Source: Clostridia bacterium (GTDB lineage: Bacteria > Bacillota > Clostridia > Oscillospirales > Acutalibacteraceae). From it: DNA of 64,000 nt. Position 1 is the stretch's first letter, and the number at the start of each line of letters is the position of its first letter. The position numbers and the translations under genes are program-made. Where the stretch lies: NCBI GenBank assembly GCA_017544665.1, contig JAFYDS010000035.1, positions 1,478 to 65,477 of the forward strand, given 5' to 3'. The notes beneath the pieces were generated by a model. The model was given only the letters and a program-made list of their open reading frames with translations. It did not search any database and was not told the DNA's origin. Below are positions 16,141 through 25,512 of the stretch, piece after piece.

Positions 16141-17832
16141 ATGGGAGAGAAGATCAAAAAAGCCATCGGCGTCAAGGGCGATTTCAAAACCGCCATCGTG
16201 CCGATGATCAACTACAGCTACGCCAATATGTTCATGGGCGGCGCGGGCTACATCATCAGCATGTATTTCACCATCTTTTTGACCGACGTGGTCAACCTGC
16301 CGCTCAAGAGCGCCAGCCTGGTGGTCATGTTCGCCACGCTCTGGGACGCCGTGACCGACCCCGCGATGGGCATCATCACCGACCGCACGCGCAGCAAGTC
16401 CGGTAAGCACCGGCGCTATCTGCTGTGGGGCATTCCGGTACTGATGGTCGCCTACGGGCTGCTGTGGAACAGCTACGGGCTGAACGGGTCCGTGTCGCCG
16501 GCGCGGACCATGCTGTATTACACCCTGGTCTATATGCTTTACAAGACGGCTTACACCATCATTGCCGTGCCGCACACGGCGATGCTGCCGGAGCTTGCGC
16601 CCGCTTACGATCTGCGCACGCAGTACAACTCCATGGGCTATCTCTTCAACTCCGCCGGCATGGTGCCGTCGTTCCTGTTTGCCGTGGCGATCTTGATGCT
16701 CTTCGGCTCCAACAACAACATCACCAGCGCGTCGCGACCGCCGTTCCTGGTCATCGGTCTGGTACTCTCGGTCTTCTACGGCGTCGCGGTCTTCCTGACA
16801 TGGTACAAGACGTGGGAGCCGTCCTCGCTCGACAACAAGCTGGAGCCCTTCGACCTGCACTATGTGCTGCATGAATACGCGCTCGTGTTCAAGAACAAGG
16901 CGTTCCGCCAGTACTTCTTCATGAGCCTCGCCTATATGTTCGCCACCGGCTTTTACGGGACCTCCAAGGTCTATTACATCAAGTATCTCGCGAACCAGTA
17001 CAGCTCCTACGCGCTGTTCAACGCGGTGGCGGGCGTGGCGGAGGCGAGCGCCTTTCCGCTCAACTACGCGCTGACGATGAAGTACGGCAAAAAGCGCTGC
17101 GGCGACATCGTGACGCCGCTGATGGTGGCGGGCCTCGCCATCGGTCTGTTCATGCAGACAAGCCGCAGCGGCGACGGGCTGCGCTTCCTCTGGCTGGCGC
17201 TGATGATGGTGAGCATGATCCTCTACCCCTTCGGCATGAGCGGTCTCGGTTTTGTTTCGACCAATATCTTCCCGGATCTCACCGACGTGGACGAAGTGAT
17301 CACCGGCCGCCGCCGCGAAGGCGTGATCGCGACGTTCAGCACGCTGATCAAAAAGAGCATCAGCGGCGTGATGGCGGCGCTCGTCGGCTTTATCCTGCAG
17401 GGCTTCGGTCTTGTGACCGGCGACACGGTCGCGCAGTATGAAAAAGAGACCGGCAGTCTCTTTGCCCAGTCCGCCAACGCTGTTTGGGGCATCCGCCTTT
17501 GCGTGGCGATCATACCGATCGTCGCCGCGCTGATCTCGCTGTTCCTGCTGCGCCGCTTCCGCATGACGAAGGCGGACCACACGATGATCCGCGCCGCGAT
17601 CGCGACGAAGCATAAATACGGCAGCGTCACGCTGACGGACGAAGAAATAGAGAGCATCGAAGCGATCAGCGGACAGAAGTTCGAAAACACCTGGCTCGGC
17701 AAAGACAACGACACAGGCGAAGCGCATCCGCTGACGCAGAACGAAGAGGGAGACTACGAAATACTGCTTGAAAAAGAGCGCGAAAAAGAACGGCTGCACG
17801 AACAGGCGATGGAGGAGGAAACGAACGCATGA
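16141..17832 (+). CDS. MFS transporter, glycoside-pentoside-hexuronide (GPH):cation symporter family, with roughly 100-aa charged C-terminal extension
   Basis: 12-TM-type sequence with 'DAVTDPAMGIITDRTRSKSGKHR' (GPH loop motif). GGAAAGGAG RBS. Confidence 0.85.
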   Translation: MGEKIKKAIGVKGDFKTAIVPMINYSYANMFMGGAGYIISMYFTIFLTDVVNLPLKSASLVVMFATLWDAVTDPAMGIITDRTRSKSGKHRRYLLWGIPVLMVAYGLLWNSYGLNGSVSPARTMLYYTLVYMLYKTAYTIIAVPHTAMLPELAPAYDLRTQYNSMGYLFNSAGMVPSFLFAVAILMLFGSNNNITSASRPPFLVIGLVLSVFYGVAVFLTWYKTWEPSSLDNKLEPFDLHYVLHEYALVFKNKAFRQYFFMSLAYMFATGFYGTSKVYYIKYLANQYSSYALFNAVAGVAEASAFPLNYALTMKYGKKRCGDIVTPLMVAGLAIGLFMQTSRSGDGLRFLWLALMMVSMILYPFGMSGLGFVSTNIFPDLTDVDEVITGRRREGVIATFSTLIKKSISGVMAALVGFILQGFGLVTGDTVAQYEKETGSLFAQSANAVWGIRLCVAIIPIVAALISLFLLRRFRMTKADHTMIRAAIATKHKYGSVTLTDEEIESIEAISGQKFENTWLGKDNDTGEAHPLTQNEEGDYEILLEKEREKERLHEQAMEEETNA

Positions 17833-18323
17833 CGATCGATATCAACAAAAAAGCCCCGGACAAGCCGGAGAAAAACTTCAAGAACGATTTCAAAAAATTC
17901 TGCTTTTATTTCGTCCAGTGGACGTGGGGACTGCCGGTCAATCTGGTCGGCGGAATCGTCTTTCTGATCTGCACGAAGATCCTTCACCGCCGCTATCAGC
18001 GGTTCGGCTACGCGTTTATCACCTATCTGCCGTGGAACCAGGGAGGACTGTCGCTGGGCCTGTTCATCTTTATGCGCGACCAGCACCCGAACAAGAAGTG
18101 GACCTATAACACCCGGATCCACGAATACGGCCATACCTGGCAGTGCCTGGTGCTCGGGCCGCTGTATTACCTCGTCGTTGCGATTCCGTCCGCATTCTGG
18201 TGCAACGTGATGGGCGGCTGGCGGAAGAAGCACAACGTCTCCTACTATAAGCTCTATTGCGAAGCGTGGGCGAACGCCTGGGGACAGAGATTCACAGGTA
18301 TGGAAATGGTTCAGGAAAAGTAA
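17829..18323 (+). CDS. Small membrane protein with HExxH (HEYGH) motif, putative zincin-like
   Basis: ATGA overlap with the transporter stop. Hydrophobic segments flank 'RIHEYGHTWQ'. No family assigned. Confidence 0.6.
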   Translation: MTIDINKKAPDKPEKNFKNDFKKFCFYFVQWTWGLPVNLVGGIVFLICTKILHRRYQRFGYAFITYLPWNQGGLSLGLFIFMRDQHPNKKWTYNTRIHEYGHTWQCLVLGPLYYLVVAIPSAFWCNVMGGWRKKHNVSYYKLYCEAWANAWGQRFTGMEMVQEK

Positions 18324-18352
18324 TCACTGGCAAAAAAGGAAATAAAGAACCC

Positions 18353-18388
18353 CGCAGGACACGCAGAATCGTGTCCTGCGTTTCTTTT
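18353..18388 (+). terminator. Intrinsic terminator
   Basis: cgcaggacacg-cagaat-cgtgtcctgcg followed by tttctttt. Confidence 0.75.
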
Positions 18389-18447
18389 CCAAAGGGTAAC
18401 CGAACTGTAAACTTTTTGTGCCCGAACTGGACTTTCATGCGGGGAAA

Positions 18448-18456
18448 TGGTATAAT
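18448..18456 (+). promoter_or_regulatory. Extended -10 element (TGgTATAAT) upstream of glmS
   Basis: TGGTATAAT lies 70 nt upstream of the glmS ATG. No convincing -35. Confidence 0.45.
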
Positions 18457-18526
18457 CGCGGCGTACGGCATCCTATACTGAAACAGCCCCGGACGCCGCT
18501 CCGGAACTTTGCAAAGGAGAACGCTT

Positions 18527-20359
18527 ATGTGTGGAATCGTCGGATACGCCGGTAAAAACCGCGCGGTCCCGTATTTGCTGGAAGGACTGGAAAAACTCGA
18601 ATACCGCGGCTATGACTCCGCGGGCGTCGCCGTCGCGGAGGGCAACACCCTGCGCGTGACCAAGACGAGAGGGCGCATCAGCAATCTCGCCTCTCTGATC
18701 GCCGCGGAGCACCAGAGCCCCGCCACGGTCGGCATCGGCCACACCCGCTGGGCGACCCACGGCAAGCCGAACGACGTCAACGCCCACCCGCATCAGAGCC
18801 AGAGCGGGCGCTTCTGCGTCGTGCATAACGGCATCATCGAAAACTATCTGCAGCTCAAAGCACAGCTGCAAAGCGAGGGCTATGTCTTTGTGTCGGAGAC
18901 CGACACCGAGGTGATCGCCCATCTGCTCGACAAGACCTGGGACGGCGACTTCGTGTCCACCGTCCGCAAGACCGCGGCTCTGCTCGAGGGCGCCTACGCG
19001 ATCTGCGTGCTGTGCAGCGACTGCCCCGATCAGATCGTCTGCACCCGCTGGGGCAGCCCGCTCGTGCTCGGTGTCTGCGGCGAGGGGACGTTCATCGGCT
19101 CAGATGTGACGGCGATTTTGCGCCACACGAACGAGATCTATTACCTCGACGGCCACGAAACGGCGCTCGTCGACGCCAAGGGCGCAATCTTCTTCGATAA
19201 AGACGGCGCCGCAATCGAAAAACAGCCGAAGACCATCGAATGGAACCTTTCTGCCGCGCAGAAGGGCGGCTACGAGCACTTCATGCTCAAGGAGATCATG
19301 GAACAGCCGCGCGCGATCGCCGATACGGTCTCGCCGCGGATCACCGCCGATAAAACGATCGCGTTCGAGGATTTCCACCTGTCGGACGACGAGATCCGGC
19401 GGCTGCGCCGCGTGACGATCGTCGCCTGCGGCTCGGCGTATCACGCCGGCGCCGTCGGCAAATACGTGATCGAAAAGCTTGCGCGTCTGCCGGTCGAAAT
19501 CGATATTGCGTCGGAATTCCGCTACCGCGCCCCGGTGCTGGACCCCGACACGCTCGTGATTGTCATCAGCCAGAGCGGGGAGACCGCCGACACGCTGGCG
19601 GCGCTGCGGCTCGCGAACGAACAGGGCTGCAAAACGCTCTGTATCGTCAACGTCGTCTCCTCCTCGATCGCCAATGAGGGCGGCAGCGTGATCTATACCC
19701 ACGCCGGACCGGAGATCGCCGTCGCGACGACGAAGGCGTACGCGGCGCAGGTGGCGGTGCTGTATCTGCTCGCGGGCTATCTCGCCGACAAGCGGGGGCT
19801 GCTAAATAAAGCGCAGCTCGCATCCTACACGGACGATCTGCTGGCGCTGCCGGATCTGATCCAAAAGACGCTCGACGACTGCAACGCGCAGATCAAAGCG
19901 TTCGCGCAGATGTTCATCCCGCTCGAGCACGCCTATTTCATCGGGCGCAACCTCGACTACGCCTGCGCGATGGAAGCCTCGCTGAAGCTCAAGGAGATCA
20001 GCTATATCCACTCCGAGGCCTACGCTGCCGGCGAACTCAAGCACGGCACGATCTCCCTGATCGAAAAGGGGACGCTCGTCGTGGCGCTCGCCGCCTACAG
20101 CGACGTGTTCCAAAAGACGATGAGCAACATCAAGGAAGTCAAGGCGCGCGGCGCGCGGGTGCTCGCCGTTTCGACCGAGCGCCACATGGACGCGATGGGA
20201 GAGGTGGATTACAAGGTTTTGATCCCCGACGCGAACCCGCTGTTTTCCGTCTCGCTCGAGGTGGTGCCGATGCAGCTGCTCGGCTACTACACCGCCCGCG
20301 CCCGCGGCTGCGATATCGACAAGCCGCGCAATCTCGCAAAATCGGTGACCGTGGAGTGA
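18527..20359 (+). CDS. glmS: Glutamine--fructose-6-phosphate aminotransferase
   Basis: N-terminal 'MCGIVGY' nucleophile, two SIS-type regions, C-terminal 'KPRNLAKSVTVE'. Start moved to the MCGIV ATG. Confidence 0.95.
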   Translation: MCGIVGYAGKNRAVPYLLEGLEKLEYRGYDSAGVAVAEGNTLRVTKTRGRISNLASLIAAEHQSPATVGIGHTRWATHGKPNDVNAHPHQSQSGRFCVVHNGIIENYLQLKAQLQSEGYVFVSETDTEVIAHLLDKTWDGDFVSTVRKTAALLEGAYAICVLCSDCPDQIVCTRWGSPLVLGVCGEGTFIGSDVTAILRHTNEIYYLDGHETALVDAKGAIFFDKDGAAIEKQPKTIEWNLSAAQKGGYEHFMLKEIMEQPRAIADTVSPRITADKTIAFEDFHLSDDEIRRLRRVTIVACGSAYHAGAVGKYVIEKLARLPVEIDIASEFRYRAPVLDPDTLVIVISQSGETADTLAALRLANEQGCKTLCIVNVVSSSIANEGGSVIYTHAGPEIAVATTKAYAAQVAVLYLLAGYLADKRGLLNKAQLASYTDDLLALPDLIQKTLDDCNAQIKAFAQMFIPLEHAYFIGRNLDYACAMEASLKLKEISYIHSEAYAAGELKHGTISLIEKGTLVVALAAYSDVFQKTMSNIKEVKARGARVLAVSTERHMDAMGEVDYKVLIPDANPLFSVSLEVVPMQLLGYYTARARGCDIDKPRNLAKSVTVE

Positions 20360-20431
20360 GTGCACCGTGCACAGTGCACAGAAGCGGGGGCCTCTGTGCG
20401 GCCGCCGTATTTCCGCGCGAACAGGTTAAAG

Positions 20432-20462
20432 AAAAAAGCAGACCGCACAGGTCTGCTTTTTT
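20432..20462. terminator. Bidirectional intrinsic terminator
   Basis: aaaaaa-gcagacc-gcaca-ggtctgc-tttttt between convergent glmS and the EEP gene. Confidence 0.8.
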
Positions 20463-20475
20463 GCTGTCGAGATTG

Positions 20476-21375
20476 TTACGAGCCGAGCAAAAGATCGGCG
20501 CACACTCCGTAATGATCGGAAAGATACATCCCCGACACGGTGTTGTCGATGATCTTGTAGCGCAAAACGGGCGTGCCCTTCGTCACGAAGATGAAATCGA
20601 TCGGCTTTTCTTTCGCGATCAGGCGGCCGTAGTTGTGGAAGGTCTTGCCGCTGTCGGTTTCGGCGGCGGTCATCTTTGTGTCGTCCAGCGCGGCGGCCAC
20701 GACCTTGTATGCCTTCGCTCCCTCCTCGGTGTTGAAGTCGCCGGTGCAGACGACGGGACCGAACGCTTCGAGCGCTTCAATCTGCCGCACCAGTACTTCC
20801 GCCTGCTTTTCGCGGGTATATTCCAGTAAATGGTCAAGGTGCGTGTTGAGATGGGTATAGACTTTACCCGTTTCGTTGCTCTGCAGAGTCGCCCAGGTGC
20901 AGATGCGCGGATAGGAGGAGTAAAAGCTCTTGCTGCCGGGCTTGTCGGGCGTTTCGCTCAGCCAGAGCGTGCCGGAATCGAGCAGGGTATAGGCGGTCTT
21001 GTCGTAATAGACGGCGCTGTATTCGGTATTGCGCGCGTCGTTTCTCGGCTCGCCGACGCTGGCGTAGCGGTCGCCGAGCGCGGCGTCGAGCAGGTCGAGC
21101 CACTGCTTTGTCGCCTCCTGTACGCCGAAGGAATCGGGCGCGTAGGCTTTGATCGCTTCCGAGACGAACGCGGCGCGGTTTTTGACGGTACCGTAGATGT
21201 CGTCCTTGCAGCGCACGTTGAACGAGATCACGCGCACCGTGTTTTCGGCGCGCGGCGGGACGTCGGTCACCTCGATCGCTTCCGGTGTGAACAGAGACAG
21301 GCTCATCAAAACGGCGAGCACCAGCGCGGTCAGGTGCGCGAGCCGTTCTTTGTAAAACATACGGATCTGTTCCAT
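20476..21375 (-). CDS. Endonuclease/exonuclease/phosphatase (EEP) family protein, membrane-anchored or secreted
   Basis: N-terminal hydrophobic helix. 'FNVRCK', 'GVQEATKQW', C-terminal 'LSDHYGVCADL'. Start at MEQIRM with AAGGGGG RBS. Confidence 0.8.
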   Translation of the reverse strand: MEQIRMFYKERLAHLTALVLAVLMSLSLFTPEAIEVTDVPPRAENTVRVISFNVRCKDDIYGTVKNRAAFVSEAIKAYAPDSFGVQEATKQWLDLLDAALGDRYASVGEPRNDARNTEYSAVYYDKTAYTLLDSGTLWLSETPDKPGSKSFYSSYPRICTWATLQSNETGKVYTHLNTHLDHLLEYTREKQAEVLVRQIEALEAFGPVVCTGDFNTEEGAKAYKVVAAALDDTKMTAAETDSGKTFHNYGRLIAKEKPIDFIFVTKGTPVLRYKIIDNTVSGMYLSDHYGVCADLLLGS

Positions 21376-21442
21376 TTTGAAGCCCCCTTTGCGTTCCAGT
21401 TTACGCGTTTTTCGCCGGAAAGTCAAGATTTATCCTTTTTCA

Positions 21443-21471
21443 TTGACTTTCCCGTCGGAATGGGCTACAAT
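21443..21471 (+). promoter_or_regulatory. Sigma70-type promoter of uxaC
   Basis: TTGACT-17 nt-TACAAT. Confidence 0.55.
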
Positions 21472-21501
21472 ACAAACAGTTTAAGAAAGCAGGTGACCCC
21501 T

Positions 21502-22899
21502 ATGCAAACCTTCATGAACAACGACTTTTTGCTGACGACCGAAACGGCGAAACGGCTGTTCCATGAGATCGCGGAACAACAGCCGATCTTCGACTGGCAC
21601 TGCCATCTCAGCGCAAAGGAAATCTTTGAAAACAAACCCGCCAACGATCTCTACGAACTCTGGCTGACAGGCGACCACTACAAGTGGCGCGCGATGCGCT
21701 GCGCCGGGGTGCCCGAAAATCTGATCACCGGCGACAGCGACCCGTTCGACAAGTTCTGTGCCTTCGCCATGACGCTCTCGCTCGCGATCGGCAACCCGCT
21801 GGTCCACTGGAGCCACCTCGAGCTGCAGCGCTATTTCGGGATCACGACGCCGCTTTCTCCCGCCACGGCGAAGGAGATCTGGGACGAGACAAAGCGCGTG
21901 ATTGCGGAGGGCGACTTCCACCCGCAGTCGCTGATCCGGCGCTCGAACGTCTTTGCGCTCTGCACGACCGACGACCCGGCGGACTCGCTCGAATGGCATC
22001 AGAAGATCAAGGACAGCGACTTCGAGATCCCCGTGCTGCCCGCGTTCCGCCCGGATAAGGCGATCGCGATCGAAAACCCGGGCTTCGCGGCGTGGATTGC
22101 CGCGCTGTCAAAGGCGGCGGATATGCCCGTCGCGTCTCTCGCCGACCTCAAGGAGGCGCTGCGCGCCCGGCTCGACTTCTTCCTGTCGATGGGCTGCGTC
22201 GCGTCCGACCAGTCGGTCGCGGCGGTGGTCTACGCTCCCGCGGACGACGATTGCATCGACGCGATCTTCCAAAAGGCGCTGCGCGGAGAGACCTTGACGC
22301 AGGGCGAGATCGACGCCTACCACTTCGCGCTGCTTGTCTTCCTCGGCAAGCTCTACGCCGAAAAGAAGCTCGCGATGGAGCTGCACCTCGGCGCCATGCG
22401 CAACAACAACGCGAGGATGTTCCGCGCGCTCGGCCCCGATACGGGCTTCGATTCGATCGACGACCCGCGGCAGGCGCAGGGGCTTTCCCGTCTGCTCGAT
22501 ACGCTCGACAAAGACGGCGGTCTGCCGAAAACGATCCTCTTCAACCTCAACCCGCAGGACAACGCCGTCCTCGGCAGCATGTGCGGCAACTTCCAGTCGG
22601 ACGAAGCGCAGGGAAAGGTCCAGTTCGGTTCGGCGTGGTGGTTCAACGACCACATCGACGGGATGCGCGCCCAGCTGCGCGCCCTCGGCAACCTCGGCGT
22701 GCTCGGTTGCTTCGTCGGGATGGTGACCGATTCGCGGTCGTTCCTGTCCTATCCGCGGCACGAATACTTCCGCCGGATCCTATGCGGTCTGGTCGGCAAA
22801 TGGGTGGAGCAGGGGCTCTTCCCCGCGGACGACGCGGCGCTCGAAACGATCATCAAGGGCGTTTCGTTTGAAAACGCGAAACGGTATTTTCTCGGATGA
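21502..22899 (+). CDS. uxaC: Glucuronate isomerase
   Basis: 'MQTFMNNDFLL...PIFDWHCHL...GDHYKWRAMR'. The 689-aa track ORF is an antisense-derived N-terminal over-extension. Confidence 0.9.
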   Translation: MQTFMNNDFLLTTETAKRLFHEIAEQQPIFDWHCHLSAKEIFENKPANDLYELWLTGDHYKWRAMRCAGVPENLITGDSDPFDKFCAFAMTLSLAIGNPLVHWSHLELQRYFGITTPLSPATAKEIWDETKRVIAEGDFHPQSLIRRSNVFALCTTDDPADSLEWHQKIKDSDFEIPVLPAFRPDKAIAIENPGFAAWIAALSKAADMPVASLADLKEALRARLDFFLSMGCVASDQSVAAVVYAPADDDCIDAIFQKALRGETLTQGEIDAYHFALLVFLGKLYAEKKLAMELHLGAMRNNNARMFRALGPDTGFDSIDDPRQAQGLSRLLDTLDKDGGLPKTILFNLNPQDNAVLGSMCGNFQSDEAQGKVQFGSAWWFNDHIDGMRAQLRALGNLGVLGCFVGMVTDSRSFLSYPRHEYFRRILCGLVGKWVEQGLFPADDAALETIIKGVSFENAKRYFLG

Positions 22900-23738
22900 A
22901 AACGGATATCTATACAGTAGAACAGATCGCGCCCGATACCTGGCGGATCGATGAATGCGGGCGCGACAACTGCTATCTTCTGTGCGGCAGCGAACGCGCG
23001 CTGCTGATCGACTGCTCAATCGGGACGGGCGACCTCGCGTCGCTGGTGCGCAGCCTGACAAATCTGCCGCTGACTGTCGCGGTGACCCATGCGCACGGCG
23101 ACCACGCCGGCGGCGGACACCAGTTCGGCGAGATCCTTGTGCCGGCGGCGGAAACCGGACGCCTTTGGCGCGGGCAGAATCTGCGCGTCTTCCGGCGCAA
23201 ACTGCTGTCGAACCGAATGAAGAAACAGGGAATCCGGAAACGGAATGTCCGCGGCGATATCCGCGAAACGATATGGACGCCGTTCGAAGAAGGCGCGACG
23301 TTCGACCTCGGCGGCCGGACGGTACGGACCGTTCCGGTGCCGGCGCATACGGTCGGCAGCACGGTCTTTTTCGACGACGAAAACAAGCTGGCCTTTTTGG
23401 GAGATAGCGTGTGTCCGGTGCTGCCGATGCACACCTTCTGCGCGCTGCCGCTCGCGGCGTTTCCGCCGATCGGCGACCGGCTTTATGAGATGACTGCGGG
23501 CTATACGCTCTGGTGCGGCCACGGCGACGGCCGCCTGGACCGCGACCTGATATGCCGCCAGACGGCATGGGTGCGGGAAATCCTCGAAAAGAACCCCGCA
23601 AACGCCGAACGGCAAACGGCGGCGTATTATCCTGCGTTCGACAAAACCGGCTGCGTGGGCTACAACCCGGGGAATCTTTACGAGACAGAAGAACCGTTCG
23701 ACTGGCGGTGGGAAGCGCGGCGCTTTCTGCGCGGCTGA
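22896..23738 (+). CDS. MBL-fold metallo-hydrolase
   Basis: 'THAHGDHAGG' motif. ATGA overlap with uxaC. Confidence 0.8.
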   Translation: MKTDIYTVEQIAPDTWRIDECGRDNCYLLCGSERALLIDCSIGTGDLASLVRSLTNLPLTVAVTHAHGDHAGGGHQFGEILVPAAETGRLWRGQNLRVFRRKLLSNRMKKQGIRKRNVRGDIRETIWTPFEEGATFDLGGRTVRTVPVPAHTVGSTVFFDDENKLAFLGDSVCPVLPMHTFCALPLAAFPPIGDRLYEMTAGYTLWCGHGDGRLDRDLICRQTAWVREILEKNPANAERQTAAYYPAFDKTGCVGYNPGNLYETEEPFDWRWEARRFLRG

Positions 23739-23836
23739 ACCGTTCCTTTATAAATAAGCGACAGCCCCGCTGGAAAACCGACGGGCTGCGTGAGGCTTGA
23801 CCCGATAAATCTATATGAGACAAACAGACGGAAAGG

Positions 23837-25285
23837 ATGGTTGCAGGAAACATGGAATTCAATCCGGAACGACTGATGAAAAAAGAGCAGGTGCTCGAAA
23901 ACATGCACCGCATGAACGGCTTCGGCCCGCGTCTGACGGGCAGCGGCGGCCAGCGCGATTTTGTTTCGTTTTTGAAACAGCAGTCGCAGGACATGGGCTA
24001 TCAGGTTTACAGCGACCTGTATTCCTTTGACCGCTGGAAGGAGCTGCGCAGCTCTATCACGATCCACCATATCAACAGCGATGAAACTGTCGAGGTTTCC
24101 AGCGCGTGGCCGTATTCCGGCGAGACGGGCCCGCTCGGCGTGACGGGAGAAGTGGTCGAGGTGGTCGGCAAGCACGTCAATTACCTCCACGCCCGCGGCA
24201 AGATCGCCCTCGTGACGGTCAGCGACCTCGGCAAGATCCCCAGCGGCATCGCGTTCAACCAGCGGAACGCCTACCCCGGCGGAACGAACATCCCCGCGTT
24301 CTATAAAGGCCCCGTGGCGACGTCGTTCGTCAACGTCCCGTTTTTGCAGGTGGCAAAGGCGGCGGGCGTCAAAGCCGTGATCTGCATCTGGAAGGGCATG
24401 AGCCGCGGCATGGTCAAGGGCCAGTACCTCCCGTTTATTCAGGAATATCAGGGGATACCGGCGCTTTGGGTCTGCGAAGAAGAGGGAGAAAAGCTGCGCG
24501 AAGCGGCGCGCAACAAGGATAAGGTCACCCTCGTGCTCGAAGCAAAAAAAGAAAAGAACGCTGCCTCGGAATCGTTCTACTGTGTCAAGCGAGGGAATAA
24601 TCCGACCGAGGCGATTATCGTCAATACCCACACCGACGGGGTCAACTGCGTCGAGGAAAACGGACCGATCGCCCTGCTCGCGATGATGGATTACCTCAAG
24701 GACGTTGAGCTCGAGCGCAGCGTGATCTTCGTCTTCGTGACGGGTCACTTCCGGCTGCCGGCGTTCAAACAGAACGACATTCAGGCGACGAGCAAATGGC
24801 TCAAGAACCACCGCGATATGTGGGACGGCAGGGGCGGCCATATCAAGGCGGTCGCCGGCGTGGCGGTGGAGCATCTCGGCTGCCGCGAATGGAAGGACGT
24901 CGAAAAGACATACTGCGAGACGAACCCAATCGACATCGAGATCGTCTATACCGGCAACCGCACGCTGGACGAGATCTACTACAAGGCGCTCGAAGGCCGC
25001 ACGCTGGTGCGCACGGTGACGCTGCGCGGCCACAACATTCTCCATTTCGGCGAAGGCCAGCCGCTGATGAACGTCGGCATTCCGCAGATCGCGCTGGTCA
25101 CCGCACCGGACTACCTGACCGCCGTTGCGGACGACCACCAGATGGACAAATTCAGCATCGACCTGATGTACGAGCAGATACAGACCTTTGTCAAGATCGT
25201 TTTGCTGCTTGACGAGACCGACACCAAGACTCTCGGCAAGCCCGATCCGTACACCTTTGTGCTCGGCTCGGTCGGCAAGCATTGA
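23837..25285 (+). CDS. Hypothetical protein, M28-like peptidase/PA-domain-like
   Basis: Normal amino-acid composition, unlike the antisense ORF. 'NTHTDG...EENGPIALL' resembles M28/M20 metal-ligand spacing. Start uncertain (23837 or 23852). Confidence 0.45.
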   Translation: MVAGNMEFNPERLMKKEQVLENMHRMNGFGPRLTGSGGQRDFVSFLKQQSQDMGYQVYSDLYSFDRWKELRSSITIHHINSDETVEVSSAWPYSGETGPLGVTGEVVEVVGKHVNYLHARGKIALVTVSDLGKIPSGIAFNQRNAYPGGTNIPAFYKGPVATSFVNVPFLQVAKAAGVKAVICIWKGMSRGMVKGQYLPFIQEYQGIPALWVCEEEGEKLREAARNKDKVTLVLEAKKEKNAASESFYCVKRGNNPTEAIIVNTHTDGVNCVEENGPIALLAMMDYLKDVELERSVIFVFVTGHFRLPAFKQNDIQATSKWLKNHRDMWDGRGGHIKAVAGVAVEHLGCREWKDVEKTYCETNPIDIEIVYTGNRTLDEIYYKALEGRTLVRTVTLRGHNILHFGEGQPLMNVGIPQIALVTAPDYLTAVADDHQMDKFSIDLMYEQIQTFVKIVLLLDETDTKTLGKPDPYTFVLGSVGKH

Positions 25286-25430
25286 CGGTCGAAACGGCGA
25301 AGTCCCCGCCGATCGCGCCGTGCAGGACCCGGCTGTTTCCGCGCCCTATATACGAACCAAAAGCCGTCCTTCCGGGCGGCTTTGCTGTTTGACAAGTGAC
25401 GACTTTTCTCTTTACAGAATGGAAAGAATA

Positions 25431-25439
25431 TGGTATAAT
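25431..25439 (+). promoter_or_regulatory. Extended -10 element (TGgTATAAT)
   Basis: TGGTATAAT lies 74 nt upstream of the ATG at 25513, preceded by a terminator-like hairpin at about 25360-25390. Confidence 0.45.
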
Positions 25440-25512
25440 ACTAAGTTAGAAAACCATCGTCCGCTCCGGCGGATGATACGGCGCAAATACCACGGCAAAA
25501 GGAGAATCTGCG

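Noticed and set aside
16102-17799. 565-aa minus-strand ORF
   Set aside because: Antisense to the GPH symporter. Arg/Ala/His/Asp-rich with no recognisable domain.
18389-18526. glmS ribozyme upstream of glmS
   Set aside because: The leader after the -10 element is about 70 nt, and I see no conserved ribozyme core sequence.
20830-21501. N-terminal 224 codons of the 689-aa 'uxaC' ORF
   Set aside because: This part is antisense to the EEP gene. Canonical UxaC begins at MQTFMNNDFLL (21502), downstream of a TTGACT/TACAAT promoter.
23678-25282. 534-aa minus-strand ORF competing with the 482-aa plus-strand ORF
   Set aside because: The minus-strand product is Arg/Ala/Val/His/Asp-rich with no motifs. 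The plus-strand product has balanced composition and M28-like ligand motifs and fits the co-directional operon.
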